A stretch of 24,443 bases of DNA from assembly GCA_028687395.1 (NCBI GenBank), contig JAQUAE010000001.1:1-24443 (forward strand), read 5' to 3'. The stretch is from Anaerolineales bacterium. GTDB taxonomy: Bacteria > Chloroflexota > Anaerolineae > Anaerolineales > UBA4823. The number at the start of each line of letters is the position of its first letter. Position 1 is the first letter of the stretch. A program made the translations under genes and the position numbers. The notes under the pieces were generated by a model. That model searched no databases. It worked only from the letters and a program-made list of their open reading frames with translations, and was not told the origin of the DNA. This document shows positions 1-7,212 of this stretch, piece by piece.

Positions 1-285
1 GCCACGGCCACCATGAGCCGCGACCACGTCGAGGTCGGGCGGCTGGTGCAGGAGCTGGACCTGCTCGCCGGGCAAATCTCCCCGGGAAGCATTACGCCGG
101 CACAGGCCAGGAACCTGCGCCGCGTGCTCTATGGCCTGTACACCCTGGTCGGCGTGCATTTTGCCAAGGAGGAAGAAGTCTACCTGCCTTTGCTGGATGA
201 GCGCCTATCCCCGGAAGAGGGCAAGGCGATGTTTGCCGCCATGGAAGCCGCCGCCGGCGAAGCCAAAGCCGAGCACGCTCATTAG
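1..285 (+). CDS. Hemerythrin/HHE cation-binding domain protein, C-terminal part (5' end outside window)
   Basis: Frame 1 is open from base 1. It contains a DH...HFAKEEEVYLPLL motif (HxxxE iron-ligand pattern of HHE domains) and a stop at 283-285. Confidence 0.75.
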   Translation, partial: ATATMSRDHVEVGRLVQELDLLAGQISPGSITPAQARNLRRVLYGLYTLVGVHFAKEEEVYLPLLDERLSPEEGKAMFAAMEAAAGEAKAEHAH

Positions 286-317
286 CCTGGAGATGGGGGC
301 GCCCCTCGACCGGGAAG

Positions 318-1206
318 TGGGCGCATAAAACGGCGCAAGCCGCACACCGAAACGGAGCAAGCCGCACACCGTTTCGACGGAAGCCGCACACTTTTGAGCG
401 AGGAAAACTGCGCTGGTTAATCCCGAAATGTGGCATGCTTGCCTCTCAACCACTCAACAACACGGAGGCAAGCATGACCCAGGAGCGATTAACTTTGCGC
501 AAGATTCGTGAAATTCTTCGGCTGAAAGAAGCCGGATTATCCAACCGAGCCATAGCTCGGGCGTGCAAGATTTCCAACAGCACCGTGGGGGGATATCTTC
601 GCCGTGTCCAGGCAGCCGGACTGCATTGGCCGCTGCCAGAAGGGTTGAGCGAAGATGAGCTCTTCCAGAAGCTGTTCCCGGAAACTGGAAGGGGGAGTAC
701 CTCAGGGCAACCGCTCCCCAATTGGGAGGAGGTGCGCCAGGAGCTGAAGAAGAAGGGGTGACAGTCAAGCTGCTGTGGATCGAATATCGGGAGCGGCACC
801 CGGACGGCTACGGATACACCCAGTTTTGTGAATACTACCGGAATTGGGCCAAAACCCAATCTCCCACGGGTCGTTTTCCGCACAATGGTGGAGAGGTGAT
901 GGAAGTCGATTACGCCGGGTTGACGGTGACCATCGTCAATCCAGAGACCGGCGAAGCGCGCCAGGCGCCGGTTTTTGTAACCACTTTTCCAGCCAGCGAT
1001 TACGTGTATGCCGAAGTGCAGTCCAGCCAGGAATTGTGCCACTGGATCAACGGGCATGTGCGCGCCTTTGAATTTTTCGGTGGTCTGCCCAAGATCCTGC
1101 GCCCGGATAACCCCAAAACGGGGGTGAAGAGCCCCAACTACTACGAGCCAGACCTCAACCCCGCCTATCAGGAAATGGCGGAGTATTACCAGGTGGCAGT
1201 GCTGCC
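318..1206 (+). mobile_element. Truncated IS21-family element (IS-A): left end plus 5' half of istA
   Basis: Left-end repeat array at 328-391 is followed by RBS GGAGG (464-468) and an IstA N-terminus. The sequence stops abruptly at the left end of IS-B (1207). The exact terminus (318-320) is uncertain. Confidence 0.8.
328..391 (+). repeat. Three subterminal repeats AAGCCGCACAC at 337, 359 and 381 (22-bp period), putative IstA binding sites
   Basis: Read directly from the sequence. The first two extend to AAACGG(C/A)GCAAGCCGCACACC. Multiple ~22-bp end repeats are typical of IS21 elements. Confidence 0.8.
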
Positions 1207-1213
1207 TGCATAA
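474..1213 (+). pseudogene. istA: istA transposase remnant (frameshift at ~756-759, truncated by IS-B)
   Basis: MTQERLTLRKIREILRL...ELKKKG (474-761) continues in another frame as VTVKLLWIEY...MEVDYAG...RPDNPKTGV...YQVAVLP. One G is missing in a G run (AAG GGG TGA instead of AAG GGG GTG). The stop at 1211-1213 lies inside the IS-B end. The third catalytic residue (E) and istB are absent. Confidence 0.85.
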
Positions 1214-1276
1214 TCCGGGCCATGCCGATCATGAATTCCGTTTCATGCCGATCGGTGATTCTGGCCATGCCGATCA
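1207..1276 (+). repeat. IS-B left end: terminal IR plus 3 x CATGCCGATC (1221, 1244, 1266)
   Basis: Exact 10-mers with 23/22-bp spacing, read directly. Confidence 0.85.
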
Positions 1277-1363
1277 AGTAACCCGGAGAAAAGGTGGGGG
1301 AGATGGCTGGATAAACTCGAACAAATCGGGCATCCTCTTCGGAACCGATCCGAGGAGGAAGAG

Positions 1364-2908
1364 ATGTCTCAAGCGAGTTTATCCATGCGAAAAATTGAAG
1401 AAATCCTGCGGTTGAAATTTGAAGTTGGATTGCCGCACCGGGCGATTGCCAAAAGTTGTGGGGTGTCGAGCAGTACGGTGAGCGAGTACGTCACGCACGC
1501 CAAAGGGGCAGGGCTGAGTTGGCCGCTTCCAGAAGGGATGACGGCGGAGCAGTTGGAAGCCCGCTTGTATCCCAATAAAGGCTCATCCAGGCGGAAGATC
1601 CCGCAGCCGGACTGGAAGTACGTGCACCAGGAGTTGAAACGTAAAGGAGTAACCCTGAGCCTGTTGTGGGTGGAGTACCGCCAGGAGCACCTGGACGGAT
1701 ACGGATACAGCCAGTTTTGCCACCAATACCGAGAGTGGAAGAACCATCTCAACCCCACCATGCGGCAGAAACATAAGGCCGGGGAGAAGCTGTTCGTGGA
1801 CTACGCCGGGCAGACGGTGGGGGTGGTGGACGCGGAGACAGGCGAGATCCGGGAAGCGCAAGTTTTCGTGGCGACCCGGGGAGCCAGCAACTACACTTAT
1901 GCGGAAGCGCACTGGACGCAGAGCCTGCCCAACTGGATTGCGGCGCAGGTTCGGGCGCTGGATGCACGCAGGCACCTGGGCGGTGTACCGGAAATGGTGG
2001 TTCCGGATAATCTCAAGGCGGGCGTGACCAGTCCAAACCTGTATGAACCGGACCTGAACCCGACATACCAGGACTTCGCCCGTCACTACGGGATCGCGGT
2101 GGTCCCGACACGGGTGCGCAAACCGCGTAACAAGGCCAAGGTGGAAGTGGGCGTGCAGGTGGTCGAGCGCTGGATCCTGGCCCAGCTGCGGGACCGGACC
2201 TTCTTCAGTCTGGCTGAGCTCAACCAGGCGATTGCCGAACTGCTGGCCGAACTCAACCGGCGGGAGATGAAGCATCTAGGCCAATCTCGGCTGCAACTGT
2301 TTGAAGAAGTGGATCAACCGGCTCTTTCACCGCTGCCGGAAACGCCCTACGAGTTTGCGGTCTGGAAAAAGACCCGCGTCCACATCGACTACCACGTCTC
2401 CTTCGACAAACACTTCTACAGTGTCCCGTACACCCTGACCGGCAAGGAAGTGGCCATCCGGGCGACCGAAAAGACGGTCGAGATCTTCTACCAGCGCAAA
2501 CGGGTGGCCTCCCATCCCCGCTCTAACGCCAAAGGGCGCTTTTCAACTCATAGCGTGCATATGCCGCCTGAGCACCAGTTCTACAGCCAGTGGTCTCCAG
2601 AGCGCTTTCTGCGCTGGGCCGCAGAGAGCGGCGAGCAGACTACCGAACTTATCCGCCGTGCCCTCGACGCCCGCAGGCACCCTGAACAGGCTTACCGGAC
2701 TTGCCTGGGCGTCCTTGGCCTGGCCAAACGCTACTCCCCGGAACGCCTGGAAGCCGCTTGCAAACGGGCCAATGCTGCCGGTATTGGCTCCTACAAAGGG
2801 GTGCACAACATTCTCAAAAACAAACTCGACCAACGGCAGCTGGATCCCGTATCCAACACCCTCTTGCCGCCGCATGAAAACATCCGCGGTGAGAACTACT
2901 ACCACTGA
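1364..2908 (+). CDS. istA: IS21-family transposase IstA (DDE)
   Basis: 514 aa with an N-terminal HTH. DDE motifs are LFVDYAG, VPDNLKAGV and KAKVEVGV, and it ends in HENIRGENYYH. RBS GAGGAGG upstream. Confidence 0.95.
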   Translation: MSQASLSMRKIEEILRLKFEVGLPHRAIAKSCGVSSSTVSEYVTHAKGAGLSWPLPEGMTAEQLEARLYPNKGSSRRKIPQPDWKYVHQELKRKGVTLSLLWVEYRQEHLDGYGYSQFCHQYREWKNHLNPTMRQKHKAGEKLFVDYAGQTVGVVDAETGEIREAQVFVATRGASNYTYAEAHWTQSLPNWIAAQVRALDARRHLGGVPEMVVPDNLKAGVTSPNLYEPDLNPTYQDFARHYGIAVVPTRVRKPRNKAKVEVGVQVVERWILAQLRDRTFFSLAELNQAIAELLAELNRREMKHLGQSRLQLFEEVDQPALSPLPETPYEFAVWKKTRVHIDYHVSFDKHFYSVPYTLTGKEVAIRATEKTVEIFYQRKRVASHPRSNAKGRFSTHSVHMPPEHQFYSQWSPERFLRWAAESGEQTTELIRRALDARRHPEQAYRTCLGVLGLAKRYSPERLEAACKRANAAGIGSYKGVHNILKNKLDQRQLDPVSNTLLPPHENIRGENYYH

Positions 2909-2919
2909 GGAGCATTCCT

Positions 2920-3669
2920 ATGTTGACCCAACCCTTACTGGAAAAACTATCCCAACTCAAGCTTTCCGCTTTCCGCTCCGCCTTCGAAGACCAGCTACAA
3001 AATCCCCAGTATGCGGAGCTGTCCTTCGAAGAGCGGCTCGGTTTACTGGTCGATATCGAGATCACCCGCAGAACCAACCACCGCTTGCACCACCGCATCC
3101 ACTCCGCCCGTTTCCCTCTCCAGGCCACCCTCGAAGACCTCGACCTGTCGGCGGGGCGCGGCATCAAACGAGCCCAGGTTCTCCAACTCGCCCAGGGAGA
3201 TTGGGTCCGCCGCCATCTTAATGTGTTGGTTCTGGGTGCCACGGGTACGGGCAAGACTTACTTATCTTGCGCACTTGGCCGGGCTGCCTGCGAAGCCGAA
3301 TTCAATGTGCGCTACCTACGCACTTCCCGCCTGCTGCAATCCCTCGAACTCGCTCAGGCCGATGGCTCCTATCCCCAACTGCTGCGTTCCCTGGCTCGCA
3401 CTCACTTACTCATCTTCGACGACTGGCTGCGTGACCCGCTCTCTCGCTCCCAGGCCAAAGACCGGCTCGAAATCCTCGACGACCGTTATGGCCGCACGGC
3501 TACCCTGGTCGCCACCCAGGTCCCGGTCAGCGAATGGCATGCCCGCATCCCCGACCCCACCCTCGCCGATTCGGTCCTCGACCGCCTCATTCACAACGCC
3601 TTCCGACTAAATTTATCAGGAGACTCTATGCGAAAAGTGCATTCCCCCTTGCTCAACAACGACAACTAG
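2920..3669 (+). CDS. istB: IS21-family AAA+ helper ATPase IstB
   Basis: 249 aa with Walker A GATGTGKT, Walker B LLIFDDW and ADSVLDRLIHNA. RBS GAGGAG upstream. Confidence 0.95.
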   Translation: MLTQPLLEKLSQLKLSAFRSAFEDQLQNPQYAELSFEERLGLLVDIEITRRTNHRLHHRIHSARFPLQATLEDLDLSAGRGIKRAQVLQLAQGDWVRRHLNVLVLGATGTGKTYLSCALGRAACEAEFNVRYLRTSRLLQSLELAQADGSYPQLLRSLARTHLLIFDDWLRDPLSRSQAKDRLEILDDRYGRTATLVATQVPVSEWHARIPDPTLADSVLDRLIHNAFRLNLSGDSMRKVHSPLLNNDN

Positions 3670-3709
3670 CGTTATGATTGCTTATCCAGCCATCTCTCCT
3701 CTGACCGGC

Positions 3710-3800
3710 GATCGCCATGCTCTGCAACAGCTGATCGGCATGACCGGTCCGGGTGATCGCCATCACCCGGATTTACTGATCGATATCACCGGAATGCGCA
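3710..3800 (-). repeat. IS-B right end: four inverted copies of the end repeat (GATCGCCATG 3710, GATCGGCATG 3733, GATCGCCATC 3755, GATCGATATC 3778) plus terminal IR
   Basis: Reverse-complement matches to CATGCCGATC with 23/22/23-bp spacing, ending in ...GGAATGCGCA. Confidence 0.85.
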
Positions 3801-3859
3801 TTTTGCTTCCAAGCCGAATCCACGCCCGCCCGCCAGCAGGGTGAAGCAAACCGTTAGGC
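3801..3859 (+). other. attC site 1, right half only (cut by IS-B right end)
   Basis: CAAGCCGAATCCA is shared with attC2, followed by ...GCAAACC GTTAGGC (perfect R' GTTRRRY at 3853-3859). Confidence 0.75.
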
Positions 3860-3887
3860 GCTCTAAAATAAATCAGGAGATACAATC

Positions 3888-4610
3888 ATGGCAAAGCCTT
3901 GGATTTCTGGTCCAAAAGAACTTATTGATCATGCCAACGTACACCTTCAAGATGGGAATCCTTTTGACTTTCGTGTTGCCATGATAAGTATTGACAATGC
4001 CGTTGAATTAACCATTAGAACCTACCTTGGCTTACCGAGGCGTATTCGAGGATCTGGTGGCCCTTCAAGGAGAGAATTAGAAGGCGCCATTGGCTTTCCA
4101 GAGTTACTTGATCTTCTAGAAAAACATGGGGAAGATCGACTTTCGGGTATTGAACTTGGTGATATTGAGTGGTACCACCGCCTTCGGAACACCCTTTATC
4201 ATGATGGAAATGGTGTTACTGTTGATCCAGAGATGGTAGATGCCTACCACCAAATTGCACGCCTTCTTTTTCAAAACCTATTTGACACATGTATCGAGCA
4301 GCCTGACGAACTTCCCGCATCTACCTTGCTAGGTGAATTTATCATTAAGTGGGCAACTCTTGAGACACGCTTGAAAAACCTTGCGGCGAAGCATCTACCA
4401 AAACATGATCGTGGGTATCGATCCGTCATCAGCCTTTATGATGGACTAATTGCTAAAGGTATTGTTCCAACAAAGGATCGCGCAAAGCTTGAAGAACTTA
4501 CTCGCATTCGCAACTCTGTGGTTCATGCACCTGCGGTTTCAGAAGCTGATGAACTTCGCCATTATATTGAAATTCTTGATCTACTGATTGGGCAACTACC
4601 TGAAGAGTAG
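3888..4610 (+). CDS. Gene cassette protein with two predicted HEPN domains (putative RNase / defence effector)
   Basis: 240 aa, all-helical. Two RxxxxH motifs (RNTLYH and RNSVVH) are each preceded by a helix with a conserved-looking acidic residue (DNAVE; WATLE). RBS AGGAG upstream. Confidence 0.65.
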   Translation: MAKPWISGPKELIDHANVHLQDGNPFDFRVAMISIDNAVELTIRTYLGLPRRIRGSGGPSRRELEGAIGFPELLDLLEKHGEDRLSGIELGDIEWYHRLRNTLYHDGNGVTVDPEMVDAYHQIARLLFQNLFDTCIEQPDELPASTLLGEFIIKWATLETRLKNLAAKHLPKHDRGYRSVISLYDGLIAKGIVPTKDRAKLEELTRIRNSVVHAPAVSEADELRHYIEILDLLIGQLPEE

Positions 4611-4622
4611 CTGCAAAATCGC

Positions 4623-4752
4623 GCCTAACATAGAGTGCACTTGACTAGCGGGATTCTGCGGCGTTTTTAGGCTTTTTCTACGCCTAAACGGAATCCTGCT
4701 CACAAGCCGAATCCAAGTCTCGCACGCCGGAAGGTAACGCAAACCATTGGGC
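4623..4752 (+). other. attC site 2 (130 bp)
   Basis: R'' GCCTAAC (4623-4629) lies just after the cassette stop. It has a central hairpin TTTAGGC/GCCTAAA, GGATTC/GAATCC arms and GGTAACGCAAACC before a degenerate R' ATTGGGC (4746-4752). Confidence 0.8.
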
Positions 4753-4770
4753 AGCTTAAAGTGATACACA

Positions 4771-5343
4771 ATGAGCAGCTATAAATCAATCGTCCGCACT
4801 TATATCTCCCAAATCCGACCCCGTGCAAAAGCCGAGTTAGGTTGGTTTAGAGAGCAGCCCACACTCAATTCTGCAATAGGACTGGCATCATTGGCTATTA
4901 ATAGTCAAGGTAAACGGTATTCCCATCAGCGAAGACTCAAGAAAGCGAATTTGCAACGGGCTAAATTAACCCTACTGGCAAATTCACGAAACCTGAAAGA
5001 GTGTCGTGAATTTGAAGAGCTTTTTAAAGTTATCGAGATGTTGCTTGAACCAATAAGCGGCATTGGTGAGTTATATGTTTACGATACTGCCCTACGAATT
5101 GGGGCAAAGTTAGGTCTGTTACCTAAAAAGGTTTATCTTCATGCGGGCACAAGAGCTGGAGCAAAAGCCTTAGGTTTTGATGGCAAGGCCAGGGCGCTCG
5201 AAATCTCTGCCTTACCAAAAGAATTTCGCCAACTTGAACCTCATGAAATTGAAGATGTTCTGTGTATTTTCGAATCAGAACTAAACGATGAAAATTTCAG
5301 AATCTCCGATAAAGTCGGTTCCAAACCGAGTTGGTGCGATTAG
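4771..5343 (+). CDS. Gene cassette hypothetical protein with helix-hairpin-helix-like motif
   Basis: 190 aa, basic. PISGIGELYVYDTALRIG resembles the HhH (LPGIG) signature, followed by VYLHAG and EIEDVLC motifs. Function not recognised. Confidence 0.55.
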   Translation: MSSYKSIVRTYISQIRPRAKAELGWFREQPTLNSAIGLASLAINSQGKRYSHQRRLKKANLQRAKLTLLANSRNLKECREFEELFKVIEMLLEPISGIGELYVYDTALRIGAKLGLLPKKVYLHAGTRAGAKALGFDGKARALEISALPKEFRQLEPHEIEDVLCIFESELNDENFRISDKVGSKPSWCD

Positions 5344-5353
5344 GCAAAAAGCT

Positions 5354-5479
5354 GCTTAAAAGGCGTGCAGCAGACAAGCGGGTATGCCCTTGTCCCAACC
5401 GAGTCTGTCCCTTTGGTTTTTTCTACGCTTTGAGTTTTCTCTGCTACGTCCCACCTGCCGCTAACGGAAACCGTTGGCC
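5354..5479 (+). other. attC site 3 (126 bp, degenerate R'')
   Basis: GCTTAAA-AGGCGTGCAGCAGAC left arm parallels attC2 (GCCTAAC-ATAGAGTGCACTTGAC). The right arm is CTAACGGAAACC GTTGGCC (R' 5473-5479). Confidence 0.65.
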
Positions 5480-5583
5480 CTGGAAAACCAACAATTCTTT
5501 GCTGAAACCCTGAAACTCTTTGGTCCATAATTTCAATGAACTCATTCTGAAATTACTGCACGGTGGTCATAATAAGAGATACA

Positions 5584-5757
5584 TCATTCCATCCCTCCTG
5601 CTGTGGCCGCAATAAGCAGCGGGATGAAAATAAACTGTCCGCTTGGATCGGAATAAAGAATCGGGTTATTCAGAGCATAAAGGTAGGAGGAGTGAGGCGG
5701 GTAATGTCAGGAAACCTGGAAACGGATCGCGAGTCAGGAACCTTCGTTGAGAAGGAC
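5584..5757 (-). pseudogene. Rhs repeat-associated core fragment with start of a truncated C-terminal toxin region
   Basis: Minus strand reads RRFLTRDPFPGFLTLPASL, then a frameshift near 5686-5689, then YLYALNNPILYSDPSG-QFIFIPLLIAATAGGME*. This is the YxYxxNNPxxxxDPxG Rhs core terminus. It is not in the ORF track. Confidence 0.8.
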
Positions 5758-5859
5758 CTTTATGGCTCACCCGAGGATCCATCCATCCGGTAGATTGTTA
5801 CGCTTACTGACGATGCCATGACAGTGACAATTAACACTTAAAAAATTTCCTTATAAGTA

Positions 5860-6312
5860 TCATCGAAGCCGAGAAAGAAACTCAGTGAAAGATTCCGCTA
5901 TCTTATATATTCCATTAAGGGAATCTGGCTCATTATATGGATGTATTTCATGATCGATAAAAAATATATCATCAAAATTCTCCGCGGTGATTCCAATACA
6001 AATCAAATTACCGACACCATCATCTCCAATTGGTAAAAGTCCATTAGGTACACCATATCGCTCTTTACTAATATAACAGTCAATTGATAACCACCTTGGA
6101 CCACTGTGTAATCCATAAAATTGATATACACTACTTTCATATTTTTCTTCGCTGATCCAAAAATTATTTGGTTTTGGAGTTCCTCCATTGCACTGTTTCA
6201 AGAACTCACGGTAATCCTGGGGTAATGAAATACCAATTTGTTTTTCAAAGGCTTGGAGTCTTTCTTCACTAATAAGCCCATAGGGTCTCGCGTTTTCTAT
6301 TTCGATGGTCAT
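5860..6312 (-). CDS. SMI1/KNR4 (SUKH) family immunity protein
   Basis: ISEERLQAFEKQIGISLPQDYREFLKQCNGG and LPIGDDGVGNLICI...IFFIDHE motifs. ATG at 6312 chosen over the upstream alternative start. It lies directly downstream of a toxin fragment. Confidence 0.9.
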   Translation of the reverse strand: MTIEIENARPYGLISEERLQAFEKQIGISLPQDYREFLKQCNGGTPKPNNFWISEEKYESSVYQFYGLHSGPRWLSIDCYISKERYGVPNGLLPIGDDGVGNLICIGITAENFDDIFFIDHEIHPYNEPDSLNGIYKIAESFTEFLSRLR

Positions 6313-6361
6313 ATTTTTTCTCAATCGATATTCATTACGAAATGTTACAAATATTATTGAT

Positions 6362-6846
6362 TTAAGGAAATTTTCCGCTTCGTAACAATTGTCTCAGGAA
6401 AGCAAGTACCTGCCATTTATCAGCATAGGGATGTGCATCAATAAAGGTCTGCCAAGCATTATTATATTCCCATGACCAGACCTGGTGGTATCCTGGAGGC
6501 GTTCCTGCAACCCATCTACCATAATGTAGATCGTTTACATTTAGTCCTCTACCAGGTCCAGCGAACCAGTCTCTGAACTCCCATGGCAGATCGTGATGGG
6601 CTTGGGGATTGGACAATCCCACTGGTGGTTCGTTCATAGCGTCTCTTAAACCAGAAGGATTTGTTGGCCAGAAGGATTTGTTGGTGGGTCAATCGATTGA
6701 ATGCGAGATACCACAAGTCGCCTTATTCCATATCCTCCAGCTCCTGCTATTCCACCACTGACACCACCAACGATTATTGCTTGGAGCAAGTCCTTATTCC
6801 AATTCTGAAGTCCGATTTCGGGGGAAAGAACATTTATTATCTCAGC
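6362..6846 (-). pseudogene. Polymorphic-toxin C-terminal fragment (DUF2380-like putative nuclease), frameshifted and lacking its N-terminus
   Basis: QAHHDLPWEFRDWF...GRWV...HQVWSWEYNNAWQTF motif. Removing the 17-bp duplication at 6651-6684 extends the frame upstream through a Gly-rich hydrophobic segment (AIIVGGVSGGIAGAGGYG) to a stop at 6847-6849. Confidence 0.65.
6651..6684 (+). repeat. Perfect 17-bp tandem duplication (CCAGAAGGATTTGTTGG x2)
   Basis: Read directly: 6651-6667 equals 6668-6684. Confidence 0.95.
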
Positions 6847-7212
6847 TCAATGGAAGAGCGAAACGCCAACGTGCCGACAAGGCGTAGCGCCGCGCAACCC
6901 CGGCGCGCCCGTGGTGTTCCTACCCTAAAGGACTCATATGTGATAGCATATGGGTGAGGCCGCGCCTCTTTCCGGGCTCGCGCTGGGCACAGGCGCAGGC
7001 GCGTGAAGCGGTGCAGCCAGCAGCAGGGACTGGCTCGCTTACCCTAGCACGGCCAAATCTCTCACGCCGCGAGCCATCCATCAGCCTGGCGTCGCGTCCT
7101 GACTGGTAAACCCTTAGCGGTCCCTGAGGAATAGCGATAACCTGTTCGATTGGCTTGCCTCGATAGCTTGGCAGGCATACCACGGCGCACGAAGCCAGGA
7201 GGTCGACCTGGA

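Larger units (their letters stand above)
1207..3800 (+). mobile_element. Complete IS21-family insertion sequence (IS-B), 2594 bp
   Basis: Left end TGCATAATCCGGGCCATGCCGATCA (1207-) and right end reverse complement TGCGCATTCCGGTGATATCGATCA (-3800) give TG...CA termini enclosing istA-istB. Confidence 0.92.
3801..5479 (+). mobile_element. Integron cassette array lacking an integrase in the window (CALIN-like): 3 attC sites, 2 complete cassettes
   Basis: Single promoterless, AT-richer ORFs are each bounded by related ~126-130 bp imperfect palindromes ending AAACC-(G/A)TTRRY-type R' boxes. Confidence 0.8.

Noticed and set aside
328-391. 22-bp-period repeats as a mini CRISPR array
   Set aside because: Repeat units are nearly contiguous with no 25-40 bp spacers and no cas genes. 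Position and period match IS21 end repeats.
750-765. Programmed frameshift in IS-A istA
   Set aside because: It is a 1-nt loss in a G run early in the gene, with no slippery heptamer plus stimulator. The element is truncated anyway, so it is a decay mutation or homopolymer sequencing error.
286-3800. Integron integrase (intI) upstream of the attC array
   Set aside because: No tyrosine-recombinase motifs in any ORF; the upstream region is entirely IS21 sequence.
5563-5793. 76-aa plus-strand ORF as a third cassette gene
   Set aside because: It is the antisense shadow of the Rhs core fragment, with no RBS or recognisable motif.
6932-6955. Palindrome ACTCATATG-N6-CATATGGGT as an operator
   Set aside because: It is a single occurrence ~260 bp from the next start, largely explained by two copies of the self-complementary CATATG. 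There is no regulator to link it to.
6661-6957. 98-aa plus-strand ORF
   Set aside because: It is the antisense of the Gly-rich toxin segment (explaining its Ser/Thr richness).
7015-7075. SAM-I riboswitch-like string (GGGACTGGC...GGCCAAATC) in the leader of the larA-ECF operon
   Set aside because: It lacks the 5' ATC-x-AGAG element, the GCAAC core and the P1 pairing. An Infernal/Rfam scan would be decisive.
6850-7200. A fourth attC closing the toxin/immunity block
   Set aside because: No RYYYAAC...GTTRRRY pair or shared attC arm sequence is found on either strand.
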